A program made the position numbers and the translations under genes. Positions 1 through 7,930 of a stretch of 24,000 nucleotides of DNA are shown piece after piece (within the stretch, counting starts at the first letter, position 1; each line of letters opens with the position of its first letter). Under the pieces are notes generated by a model that saw nothing but the letters and a program-made list of their open reading frames with translations, made no database searches and was not told where the DNA came from. This stretch comes from Pyrinomonadaceae bacterium (GTDB lineage: Bacteria > Acidobacteriota > Blastocatellia > Pyrinomonadales > Pyrinomonadaceae): assembly GCA_035760365.1 (NCBI GenBank), contig DASTTB010000015.1, positions 255,161 to 279,160 of the forward strand, given 5' to 3'.

Positions 1-744
1 GCGATCGATCTCGCGAGTCTCGGCGCTGCCGCCACCTCGCCCAACACAAATCAAGGACGACTCGCGTTTGCCACTGCCAACGTGCTCGCAGTGACCGCGC
101 TCGACGTGATCTGCGCGCGACAACTCAGCACTGGCAACCCGGGAATTCACGCGAGCGGAACATGCATCGTCAATCGCGAACCCGACGAGGTTTACAACTA
201 CTGGCGCGACTTTCAAAACCTCCCGCGCTTCATGAAACATCTCGAATCCGTCGAAGAATATGCCGACGGTTACTCGCACTGGGTCGCCAAAGGTCCCGCG
301 GGTATGAACGTCGAATGGGACGCGACGATCGTCGCCGACGATCCGGGTCGCGTGATCACGTGGCGCTCGCTCGAGAACGCTGACGTCGACAACGCCGGCG
401 CCGTTCGCTTTGAAGCTGCTCCAGGCGGACGCGGCACGATCGTCAAAGTGAACATTCAATACAACCCGCCAGGCGGCGTTCTCGGGAAAACCGTGGCGAG
501 GCTGTTTGGCGAAGAACCGGAGCAACAACTCGACGACGATCTCCGTCGCTTCAAACAGATGCTGGAAGTCGGCGAAGTGGTCGTATCCGATGCGACGTTA
601 TTCGGCACGGGTTACATGGATCAGCGTCCTGCCCGTCCCGCGGACAGAAGTGAACTGGAGAGTGTCGAACAGTTGCCGAGCCAGATGGCGACCAACTACG
701 AATCACTCGACGATGAGCGCGCGCGCGGGAGGATGCAACCATGA
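1..744 (+). CDS. SRPBCC (cyclase/dehydrase, START-like) family protein, probably 5'-truncated by the window edge
   Basis: The ORF track starts at GTG 82, but frame 1 has no stop back to position 1 ([27 protein letters not shown]...). The segment [29 protein letters not shown]...[19 protein letters not shown]...[32 protein letters not shown] reads like the SRPBCC/polyketide-cyclase-like fold. The stop overlaps the next start (ATGA at 741-744). Confidence 0.7.
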   Translation, partial: AIDLASLGAAATSPNTNQGRLAFATANVLAVTALDVICARQLSTGNPGIHASGTCIVNREPDEVYNYWRDFQNLPRFMKHLESVEEYADGYSHWVAKGPAGMNVEWDATIVADDPGRVITWRSLENADVDNAGAVRFEAAPGGRGTIVKVNIQYNPPGGVLGKTVARLFGEEPEQQLDDDLRRFKQMLEVGEVVVSDATLFGTGYMDQRPARPADRSELESVEQLPSQMATNYESLDDERARGRMQP

Positions 745-1949
745 AAGCGAATTGTTGGTATGGAAAGACGATGGTACGCGTCGAAGAGGTTCCGGATCCG
801 CAAATCCTGAATCAACGCGACGCGATTGTAAAAATCTCGTCCACCGCGATCTGCGGTTCTGACCTGCACCTGTATAACCAGTTCATTCCGACGATGGTCG
901 CCGGCGACATTCTCGGTCATGAGTTTATGGGTGAAGTTGTCGAAGTCGGGCGCGAAGTGAAGAATCTGGCCGTCGGCGATCGGGTGGTTGTTCCATTCCC
1001 GATTGCCTGTGGCAACTGTTTCTTCTGCAAGGACGAGATGTTCTCGCTTTGTGAAAACTCGAATCCAAACGCGTGGATGGCGGAGAAGATGTTTGGTCAC
1101 GCTGCCGCCGGCATCTTTGGTTACTCACATCTGACGGGTGGCTACGCCGGCGGCCAGGCTGAGTATGCGCGCGTGCCTTTCGCCGATGTTGGGCCAATCA
1201 AAGTTCCGAGTCATCTCACGGACGAGCAAGTGCTCTTCCTGTCAGACATATTTCCGACGGGATGGATGGGAGCGGAAATGTGCGACATCAAACGCGGCGA
1301 CACGATCGCGATCTGGGGCTGTGGACCAGTGGGGCAGTTTTCGATTCGCAGTGCTTTCCTGCTGGGAGCGGAGCGAGTGATCGCGATCGATCAGTATCCC
1401 GAACGTTTGCGGATGGCCGAGCAGGGTGGTGCTGAAACCATCAACTTCATGGAACAGAACGTCTACGAGGCGTTGATGGAAATGACCGGCGGCCGTGGAC
1501 CGGATGCGTGTATCGACGACGTCGGTATGGAAGCACATGCGCCAGGCGTCATTAACGCCTACGACCGGATTAAGCAGGCGATGATGCTGGAAACGGATCG
1601 GCCGCACGCGTTGCGTGAAGCGATCATGTGTTGTCGCAACGGCGGGATTATTTCGGTGATCGGCGTGTACGGCGGGTTTATCGATAAGTTTCCAATGGGC
1701 TCGGTGATGAATCGATCGTTGACGATCAGGACAGGGCAGGCGCACGTGCAACGTTACATGCGTCCGCTGTTACAGAGGATCGAAAACGGCGACATCGATC
1801 CGAGTTTCGTCGTGACGCACAGGATGAGTCTCGACGATGCGCCGCGTGCTTACGACATGTTCAAGAACAAGCAAGACAACTGCATCAAGGTCGTGCTGAA
1901 ACCTGGTATGAATGGTTCAAACGGCACGAGCAGCATGAGCGTGCATTGA
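741..1949 (+). CDS. Zinc-dependent alcohol dehydrogenase family protein (MDR superfamily, formaldehyde-dehydrogenase-like)
   Basis: 402-aa ORF. Catalytic-Zn context ICGSDLH and [12 protein letters not shown]. Structural-Zn cysteine cluster [15 protein letters not shown]. Rossmann glycine motif IWGCGPVG. Translationally coupled to the upstream gene. Confidence 0.9.
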   Translation: MKANCWYGKTMVRVEEVPDPQILNQRDAIVKISSTAICGSDLHLYNQFIPTMVAGDILGHEFMGEVVEVGREVKNLAVGDRVVVPFPIACGNCFFCKDEMFSLCENSNPNAWMAEKMFGHAAAGIFGYSHLTGGYAGGQAEYARVPFADVGPIKVPSHLTDEQVLFLSDIFPTGWMGAEMCDIKRGDTIAIWGCGPVGQFSIRSAFLLGAERVIAIDQYPERLRMAEQGGAETINFMEQNVYEALMEMTGGRGPDACIDDVGMEAHAPGVINAYDRIKQAMMLETDRPHALREAIMCCRNGGIISVIGVYGGFIDKFPMGSVMNRSLTIRTGQAHVQRYMRPLLQRIENGDIDPSFVVTHRMSLDDAPRAYDMFKNKQDNCIKVVLKPGMNGSNGTSSMSVH

Positions 1950-1969
1950 CGCGCGTAGTCATAGCGGAA

Positions 1970-2013
1970 AAACTACAAGCTGCCGGTTTTCACAAACTGG
2001 CAGCTTGTAGTTT
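1970..2013. terminator. Perfect 15-bp stem hairpin, candidate bidirectional intrinsic terminator
   Basis: aaactacaagctgcc (1970-1984) pairs with ggcagcttgtagttt (1999-2013). The loop can extend the stem by about 5 further pairs. It is flanked by aaaa on the left and ttta on the right. It sits 21 nt after the ADH stop, between convergent genes. Confidence 0.6.
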
Positions 2014-2031
2014 AGCTATCATCTGCAAGAA

Positions 2032-2139
2032 TTCTCTGCGTCCCTCTGCGCCTTTGCGGTATTTGGGCGTAACGTAAGCATAACCGCAGAGATGCAGAGA
2101 GACGCAGAGAGACGCAGAGAGACGCAGAGAGACGCAGAG
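2032..2139. repeat. Imperfect long inverted repeat whose right arm is a 10-bp tandem repeat (gacgcagaga)
   Basis: The motif gcagaga occurs 6 times between 2086 and 2139, including 3 exact gacgcagaga units at 2101-2130 plus flanking variants. The left arm ttctctgcgtccctctgcgcctttgcggt (2032-2060) is its approximate reverse complement, about 24/29 by eye. The repeat ends 5 nt from the stop of the minus-strand gene. Confidence 0.8.
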
Positions 2140-2144
2140 TTGTA

Positions 2145-3554
2145 TTAGACACCACCCGGCTTTTTGATCTTCAGCGCGTCTCTTTCATCGAAACTGTAAC
2201 CCTCTTTGTTGAGGACGAACTTTACAGGCTTCAGATTCTTATCGACGAGCACGTCGATCGGCTTTGCATAAAAATGTTTGCCGTTTCGCTCAGCCGTCGT
2301 ATGAATAATGTAGCGATGATTATCAAACAATCTGAGAACCACCGTGCCCTTCTCGTTAGTTTCTACTCGCTCACCCGGAGTGGACATCTCGGAGTTGATT
2401 TCATACCCCACGCCGACATTCACCGCAGGACTTCCATCGGGCCAAACAACAGTCACTTTCAACTCACGATCCGCCAAACGCGGAGGAAGCGTCAGATCAT
2501 AGCCTTTTAGCTTCTCTCCTTCGCCGACGGTAATCAGCGCCGCTTCCGAGCGAGTCTTCACGCCGGGATAATAAGTCTTGGGGTACGGATCATCCTTATC
2601 AGGCGCCCAACTGAGATTGAATCCCAGCAGGTAACTTCCCGGTTGGACGCGCGGAAACTCGTAACGTCCATCTTTGTCGGTCCAGGTGTACCAGTACTTC
2701 TCTTCGTCCTCGCCAAGCGCGAGATTCACCTGCACTTCCTTGGCAGGGTCACCGTTCGCCTGGACCACCTTGCCACTGACCATTCCGCTGAACTGCACGG
2801 TGAAACTTATCTCGTCGCAACCGCGATCGGTCAACTTAATGGGCCGGCGACCAGTGAAACGTCCGAACTCATCTTCCTCATCGCGACTCGAAGTCGCGGC
2901 AAGGTTGTCGGGCAACAGCGGGAAAGCGTCGTAGTCGCCCGGCGGTAACCCTGACACGCTGAATTCACCCGATTGATTCGTCACCGCTTCGATCTTCTGG
3001 CCGGGTCCGGTGATCATGACTTTAACGCCCGCCAGCTTTGGCCCTTCTTCAGATGGTCCATGTTCCGGATCGCCGATAATGCGTCGCAAGCTTCCGTGCA
3101 GCGTGGCGCCTGCCTTGGCCTTCGCGAGCCCGCGCAGGTATTCGAGATCTTCTTTCGCGTCGGCCTCCAGCTCCGTGCGCGTGCAGATGTTCGTGTAGAG
3201 CTTGTTGTCCTCCGTACTTCGATACGCGTAGACGACGTAGCTTTGGTTTCTCAAAAACCAGTAGCCGCAGTCTCCGCCGCCGGTGCCGCTATGAATCTCG
3301 ATTTCGTAACCGGGTGCGCCTTTGTAGTTTTCCTGGACCAGAAAGCGAATCGTGCCTACGTCGTAGGTGGTCTTCTCGCCGTTGGCATCGACGGTCCGTT
3401 GTTGAGCGCCGCCCACGACTCTACCGAGAAAAATCGCATCTGTTTTGCCGTAGTAACTGCACGGCGCGCCGGGTCTCATGCATGAGCAGGCGTAAGCGGC
3501 TTCGACCGCGAAAAGTATGAACAGGAGTGCCGCGAGGTGTTTGTAGATACGCAT
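2145..3554 (-). CDS. Secreted protein with an N-terminal TIMP/NTR-like Cys-x-Cys module followed by carboxypeptidase-regulatory-like beta-sandwich domains
   Basis: 469-aa ORF. Signal peptide MRIYKHLAALLFILFAVEAAYA followed by CSCMRPGAPC. Further Cys at mature positions 74 and 102. Repeats such as SGEFSVSGLPPGDYD and DGRYEFPRVQPGSYLL are typical of CarboxypepD_reg-like domains. AGGA lies about 9 nt upstream of the ATG. Confidence 0.85.
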   Translation of the reverse strand: MRIYKHLAALLFILFAVEAAYACSCMRPGAPCSYYGKTDAIFLGRVVGGAQQRTVDANGEKTTYDVGTIRFLVQENYKGAPGYEIEIHSGTGGGDCGYWFLRNQSYVVYAYRSTEDNKLYTNICTRTELEADAKEDLEYLRGLAKAKAGATLHGSLRRIIGDPEHGPSEEGPKLAGVKVMITGPGQKIEAVTNQSGEFSVSGLPPGDYDAFPLLPDNLAATSSRDEEDEFGRFTGRRPIKLTDRGCDEISFTVQFSGMVSGKVVQANGDPAKEVQVNLALGEDEEKYWYTWTDKDGRYEFPRVQPGSYLLGFNLSWAPDKDDPYPKTYYPGVKTRSEAALITVGEGEKLKGYDLTLPPRLADRELKVTVVWPDGSPAVNVGVGYEINSEMSTPGERVETNEKGTVVLRLFDNHRYIIHTTAERNGKHFYAKPIDVLVDKNLKPVKFVLNKEGYSFDERDALKIKKPGGV

Positions 3555-3573
3555 CAGGGGTTCCTATCGATTA

Positions 3574-5100
3574 TTACGACGACTCGCCACTCGGTTCGAG
3601 AAATAATCCTAATTCAGAGAACGCGGGACAAACCGGCGCTTGCGTTACACGCAGACGAATCTTCGTCGTTGTCACGGGTTTTCCCCGCAGCAGCCTGCAA
3701 TTCCCGACGCTGGTTCCGCGACCAGACTCCTGCCAGCCGTTGTCGTTCCAGACATCAAGCGCAAACGCTTCGACTCTTTGACCAAGCGGAAGATGTTCGC
3801 GCAGGCGAACGACGTTGAATGTTTGCTCGCGAGCGAGTTGCAGAATTAACTCGGGCGACTTCAGCTCATCATCCGTAGTCCAGTACGTATCGCGCCGGCG
3901 ATCGATGACGTTTCGCGCGGGGAAACCGCTGCGCGTGTTGCTCGCACTGACGCGCGCGCCCTGCGCGAGGTCTTGCGCAAACGTCGCGTCGAGAATACGA
4001 CGAAACTCACGCAGCGAATTCACGTCCGCGCCAGGAATTTGGCCGCGACGATCGGGCGCGAGGTTGAGCAAAAAAGAAGCGCCGCGACCGACGGACGAAT
4101 AGTAAAGATCGACGAGTGTCGCCGCGCTCTTGACCTTGTTGTCTTCACTAGCGTGATAGAACCAACCCGGCCTGATCGAAACGTCGCACTCGGCCGGCAC
4201 CCAATGCGTCCCCGGACGATCGCCGCGATTCAGCCGCGCTTCATCAGCTCGACCCGGCGCGAAGTCATCTTTATTCAGCGTGGACCAACACGGATCGCCC
4301 GCGATTCCTTTTTCGTTACCTACCCAGCGCACGTCCGGACCAGCGTCACTGAAAAGACAGGTGTCAGGTTGGAGCGTCCGCACGAGGTTCCACGTCGTGG
4401 GCCAATCGTAATAGGTGTCGCGATCGATCTTGCGCGTCTCGCGAGCGCCGCCGTAATAGCCGTCGCCGCCGTTCGCGCCGTCGAGAAAGATCTCGAACAC
4501 AGGACCACACGACGTCAGCAGTTCGCGCAGTTGATTGCGAAAGTAGATCAGGTATTCAGGACGGCCGTAATCTTTGTGGTTGCGATCCCACGGCGAAAGA
4601 TAGACGCCGAACTTCAGTCGATGCTTCCGGCAAGCGGCGGCAATCTCCTTCACGACGTCGCCGCGGCCGTTTCGCCACGGACTGTTCTTTACTGAATGCT
4701 CCGTGTATTTGGACGGCCAGAGACAGAACCCGTCGTGATGCTTGCAGGTCAGGATCAAACCTTTCATTCCCGCGGCGGCGGCCGTCGCCGCAATCTGATC
4801 GGCGTCAAAATCAGTCGGGTTGAAGAGCGACGGCGACTCGTCGCCGTAACCCCATTCCTTGTCAGTGAAGGTGTTGATCGTGAAATGGATGAATCCGTAA
4901 AACTCCATTTCATGCCAGCGAAGCTGTCGCTGTGAAGGTACGGGTCCGTACAGCGACGGTGGCCGAACCCTCGCGGCGCTCGCGATAGCTGAAGTGCCGA
5001 TCCAACCCGCCGCAACGGCGAACGACGACCGTTTCAGCAGTCTCAGAAACTCGCGGCGATCCTGATCGACGATTTTTCGACTCATTAAATCCCTAAACAT
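3574..5100 (-). CDS. Alpha-L-fucosidase (GH29) with a Tat-type signal and a C-terminal F5/8 type C (discoidin) domain
   Basis: 508-aa ORF. Twin-arginine motif DRREFLRLL. GH29 core HHDGFCLWPSKYTEHSVKNSPW, FGVYLSPWD and EIFLDGANGG. The C-terminal NVIDRRRDTYWTT...IRLRVTQ reads as discoidin-like. An alternative start ATG at 5085 (MSRKIV) is preceded by AGGGA and may be the true start. Confidence 0.9.
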   Translation of the reverse strand: MFRDLMSRKIVDQDRREFLRLLKRSSFAVAAGWIGTSAIASAARVRPPSLYGPVPSQRQLRWHEMEFYGFIHFTINTFTDKEWGYGDESPSLFNPTDFDADQIAATAAAAGMKGLILTCKHHDGFCLWPSKYTEHSVKNSPWRNGRGDVVKEIAAACRKHRLKFGVYLSPWDRNHKDYGRPEYLIYFRNQLRELLTSCGPVFEIFLDGANGGDGYYGGARETRKIDRDTYYDWPTTWNLVRTLQPDTCLFSDAGPDVRWVGNEKGIAGDPCWSTLNKDDFAPGRADEARLNRGDRPGTHWVPAECDVSIRPGWFYHASEDNKVKSAATLVDLYYSSVGRGASFLLNLAPDRRGQIPGADVNSLREFRRILDATFAQDLAQGARVSASNTRSGFPARNVIDRRRDTYWTTDDELKSPELILQLAREQTFNVVRLREHLPLGQRVEAFALDVWNDNGWQESGRGTSVGNCRLLRGKPVTTTKIRLRVTQAPVCPAFSELGLFLEPSGESS

Positions 5101-5109
5101 AAGCCATTC

Positions 5110-5136
5110 TCGAAAAACGGAGAAACGTTTTTTCGA
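5110..5136. promoter_or_regulatory. AT-rich near-perfect palindrome in the divergent intergenic region (possible operator or 5'-UTR hairpin)
   Basis: tcgaaaaacg-gagaaa-cgttttttcga has a one-base length difference between the A and T runs. It lies 10-36 nt upstream of the fucosidase start and about 90 nt upstream of the 5227 gene. Confidence 0.3.
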
Positions 5137-5180
5137 TTTCTATCATTTCTTAATGAGGGATAAGAGTAGTGTAGAGACAC

Positions 5181-5209
5181 TTGTATACTTGCGAGTTTCG
5201 CCATAGGAT
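5181..5209 (+). promoter_or_regulatory. Candidate sigma70-like promoter for the 5227-10714 cluster
   Basis: TTGTAT (5181-5186), a 17-nt spacer, then TAGGAT (5204-5209). This would leave only a ~10-nt leader before ATG 5227, which fits the absence of a well-spaced SD there. Motif match only. Confidence 0.25.
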
Positions 5210-5226
5210 CACGCGTAAATCAAGAG

Positions 5227-5526
5227 ATGTCGACGTTACGTGTAGATCTGCAAGAAGGGTTCAACGGCGATGAGGTAGATTTGCGCGTGAATGGTCAGGA
5301 GGCGTTTCAAAAAGGAGACGTTACGACTAAACAACTCCTTGGCCTCGCCTCGTCGGCGGAAATCGAAGTGCCGAACGGAACGGTAACGATCGAGATTAAA
5401 GTCCCAACGCAGAACCTCGCAAAAACGATATCGCTCGAGGCCTCGGGGTCGGAATACCTTGGAGTCTCAATCACGAACGGAAAAATCGAGCATATCGTGT
5501 CCCGCGAACCATTTGGTTACGCCTAA
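5227..5526 (+). CDS. Small hypothetical protein (99 aa), predicted beta-rich, no signal peptide
   Basis: Intact ORF with alternating-polarity strands (VTIEIKVPTQN, YLGVSITNGKIEHIV). It is co-directional with and 93 bp upstream of the metzincin-like gene. I recognise no family. The SD is weak or absent. Confidence 0.55.
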   Translation: MSTLRVDLQEGFNGDEVDLRVNGQEAFQKGDVTTKQLLGLASSAEIEVPNGTVTIEIKVPTQNLAKTISLEASGSEYLGVSITNGKIEHIVSREPFGYA

Positions 5527-5619
5527 GTAACCCTGGTTACGGTCTTGTAGACTCGCTCTACTTCCTCCTAACCGAGTAATCACAAGCTCTCTTAACCCTA
5601 ATAAGAGGTAAAAAAACGA

Positions 5620-7905
5620 ATGCATTCACCCCTAAATGTGCCGGTCGCTAATCCTTCCGGCGGAAATCCGTCACCAGCGAGTGTCGAGTTCATGGTCAGC
5701 GGAAGATACGAAGGCGAAATGTCCGCGCCGACAACCGGACTCGATCTTCTAGATCTGCGCATCGACGTAGATCGAAGTTACGCAAACTCGCCGATCATGA
5801 ATCGCGTGAGCGGCGACTTTTACCAGTTGAACAAGATCACTGTTCCCGGTTCCCCGCCGCTTGTTTCGAGAGTCTTTAGAGAGTCGTGGATCGTGAGCGC
5901 GCCCGAAGTTACGCGACACGCCGACCAGGTGACGATCACGGGCTCCGTCGAGTTCTGGAAAGGCATACATCCGCCAACCACTCTGCAACTCGTGATTAAG
6001 AGTCCCGAAGCAGGCGTGGCCCAGATCGCGGAGGTGTCGTTTATTTCAGACGGGGGTCAACCCGCGCTGTACAACTGTCTCCGGAAATCGGACGCGTTTC
6101 GTGACCTCGATCTCGAAATCGACGTCTGCGGGTCAGTCAATCACGCGCCGGTTCTGCCCGAAATCCTCACGACGGATCATCCGGTGCGTCCCGGCGGCAC
6201 GGCGCAGCGAGTGCTGACGATCGAAGAGTCGTATCGAGAAGCGGGTGTGCTCGTTTCAATCGCACCAACTCACGACGTCATCGACGATTCGCATCCGCAG
6301 TTTGATGCGTGGTCGGCGGCGGAACTGCACGACGTGATGGAGAAAAACTTCAGCAGGATCGGCGGCGTGTGGCCGCAGTGGTCCATGTGGGGGTTGTTAG
6401 CCGGTACCTACAATGAGCCGCTTGTAGGCGGCATCATGTTCGACGCGGCTGCCGCGTTTGGCGGAGCAGGTTCAGCGCCGGAACGACAAGGCTTCGCGAT
6501 CTTCAGAGAACACCAGTGGTTCGATTTCCTCACCACGCGTCCGCCCGCAAACAAGGATCAGGCTGCGGCTGCACGCCAGTATTTGTATACATGGCTGCAC
6601 GAGGCCGGTCACGCGTTCAACCTTCTTCACTCGTGGAACAAGAATCGGCCCGACGCGCTTTCATGGATGAACTACGCGTGGAAATACGACAACCTTCACG
6701 GCACCGACAGTTTCTGGTCCAACTTCAATTTCAGGTTTGACGACGAGGAGTTGATCCATCTTCGTCACGGCGATCGTGCCTCCGTGATCATGGGAGGAGA
6801 TCCGTGGGCGTCGGGCGGTCACATGGAAGCGCCGCCGGGAGCAGAGTATCTCGCCGTCCCTCCGAGCGCGCTCTCGACGATCGACGGCGACGTGCCGCTC
6901 GAGTTGTTGATTCGATCCAAAGGTTACTTCGAGTTCATGGAACCGGTCGCGATCGAGTTGAGACTAAGAAACCTGCTGCCGAACCTGCCGCTCAATCTCG
7001 ACACGCGACTGAGTCCAGAATACGGCGGCGTCGTGATCCACATTCGACGTCCCGATGGCCGCATCATCGAGTATGCGCCCATCATGTGCAAACTCGCGAT
7101 TCCCGACTATAGAACGTTGTATCCATTGAGTGGTGACTCCGAACGCGGCGATGATCGCTACAGCGAAGAGGTCGTTTTGAGTTACGGCCGCTACGGTTTT
7201 TACTTCGACGAACCCGGAGAATACCTGCTCCGCGCGCTTTACCAGGGTGCCGGCGACCTTCTCATTCCCTCGAACGTTCACCGCATCCGAGTCGGAACTC
7301 CGCTCACGAGAGACCTGGACATCACCGCTCAGGATTATTTCTCTTACGAGGTGGGAATGAACCTGTACCTCGAAGGCTCTCGCTCGGAGTACCTGAGAAA
7401 AGGATTCAACGTGATGAAGGACATGAGCGAGAAATACAGCGATTCGCTACTCGGAGCGAAGTTAGCAGCGACAGTGGCGAACAGTCTCACGAAGCCGTTC
7501 TTCAGCGTTGAGCCCACAGACGCGTATCCCGAGACACGCGAAAAGCTCTTAACAAAAACGCATGACGCCGATCCCCAAGCAGTTCTGGAAATGACGGCTT
7601 CCGCCGTTGACCTCATTCGAAAGCGCAACGAAAAAGCGCTCAACCTTTCGTACCGGCAGATTGTCGGCCAGCGTGTTCATTGCCTCGTGTCACTGGAGCG
7701 AAATGAAGACGCGCGATCCGAAATCAACCAACTGTACGAAGACCTTCAAAATACCGGCGCCAATCCACCAGTTCTCCGGCAGATCCGTGCCTTCGCCGAC
7801 GAAGTCGATACAGCAGGAACGACTCGCGCTCAAAAGCTTTGGGAACGGGTCCGCGCACAAGATCGCAAAGTTGAAAAAACCCAGAAACAACAACGGAACC
7901 AATAA
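5620..7905 (+). CDS. Metzincin-like zinc metalloprotease, large multidomain, no signal peptide
   Basis: 761-aa ORF. HEAGHAFNLLH (6598-6630) has metzincin HExxHxxGxxH spacing with Asn in place of Gly. SWMNY (6661-6675) resembles a Met-turn. A beta-sandwich-like middle region and a helical Lys/Arg/Gln-rich C-terminus follow. AAGAGG lies about 11 nt upstream of the ATG. Confidence 0.85.
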   Translation: MHSPLNVPVANPSGGNPSPASVEFMVSGRYEGEMSAPTTGLDLLDLRIDVDRSYANSPIMNRVSGDFYQLNKITVPGSPPLVSRVFRESWIVSAPEVTRHADQVTITGSVEFWKGIHPPTTLQLVIKSPEAGVAQIAEVSFISDGGQPALYNCLRKSDAFRDLDLEIDVCGSVNHAPVLPEILTTDHPVRPGGTAQRVLTIEESYREAGVLVSIAPTHDVIDDSHPQFDAWSAAELHDVMEKNFSRIGGVWPQWSMWGLLAGTYNEPLVGGIMFDAAAAFGGAGSAPERQGFAIFREHQWFDFLTTRPPANKDQAAAARQYLYTWLHEAGHAFNLLHSWNKNRPDALSWMNYAWKYDNLHGTDSFWSNFNFRFDDEELIHLRHGDRASVIMGGDPWASGGHMEAPPGAEYLAVPPSALSTIDGDVPLELLIRSKGYFEFMEPVAIELRLRNLLPNLPLNLDTRLSPEYGGVVIHIRRPDGRIIEYAPIMCKLAIPDYRTLYPLSGDSERGDDRYSEEVVLSYGRYGFYFDEPGEYLLRALYQGAGDLLIPSNVHRIRVGTPLTRDLDITAQDYFSYEVGMNLYLEGSRSEYLRKGFNVMKDMSEKYSDSLLGAKLAATVANSLTKPFFSVEPTDAYPETREKLLTKTHDADPQAVLEMTASAVDLIRKRNEKALNLSYRQIVGQRVHCLVSLERNEDARSEINQLYEDLQNTGANPPVLRQIRAFADEVDTAGTTRAQKLWERVRAQDRKVEKTQKQQRNQ

Positions 7906-7930
7906 GGGTCCCCACCTGAGGAGTAGAACG

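Noticed and set aside
82-84. GTG 82 as the true start of the SRPBCC gene
   Set aside because: The frame is open back to position 1 with no stop, so the gene may begin upstream of the window. I keep it as a possible alternative start only.
3973-4695. Long antisense or shadow ORFs inside confirmed genes, such as 3973-4695, 1242-1751, 8777-9310, 13238-13978, 15225-15707, 19564-20184, 21259-21819 and 2973-3485
   Set aside because: They are Arg/Ser/Ala-rich low-complexity translations typical of the opposite strand of GC-rich genes. They have no recognisable motifs and are fully nested in ORFs with strong family signatures.
5512-5541. Small inverted repeats ggttac / gtaacc around the stop codon of the 99-aa gene, as an intra-operon terminator
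   Set aside because: The stems are only 6 bp with no U-tract, which is too weak to call.
2145-7905. TIMP-like protein as the cognate inhibitor of the nearby metzincin-like protease
   Set aside because: The TIMP-like protein is predicted to be exported, while the metzincin-like protein shows no signal peptide. They are on opposite strands with the fucosidase gene between them. Co-function is not supported by the sequence alone.
7607-7930. N-terminal extension of the trypsin-PLD ORF, given by the ORF track as 7607..10714 (1035 aa)
   Set aside because: The extension overlaps the 3' end of the metzincin-like gene in another frame and reads as low-complexity. ATG 7931 has a GAGGAG SD and follows the upstream stop by 25 bp.
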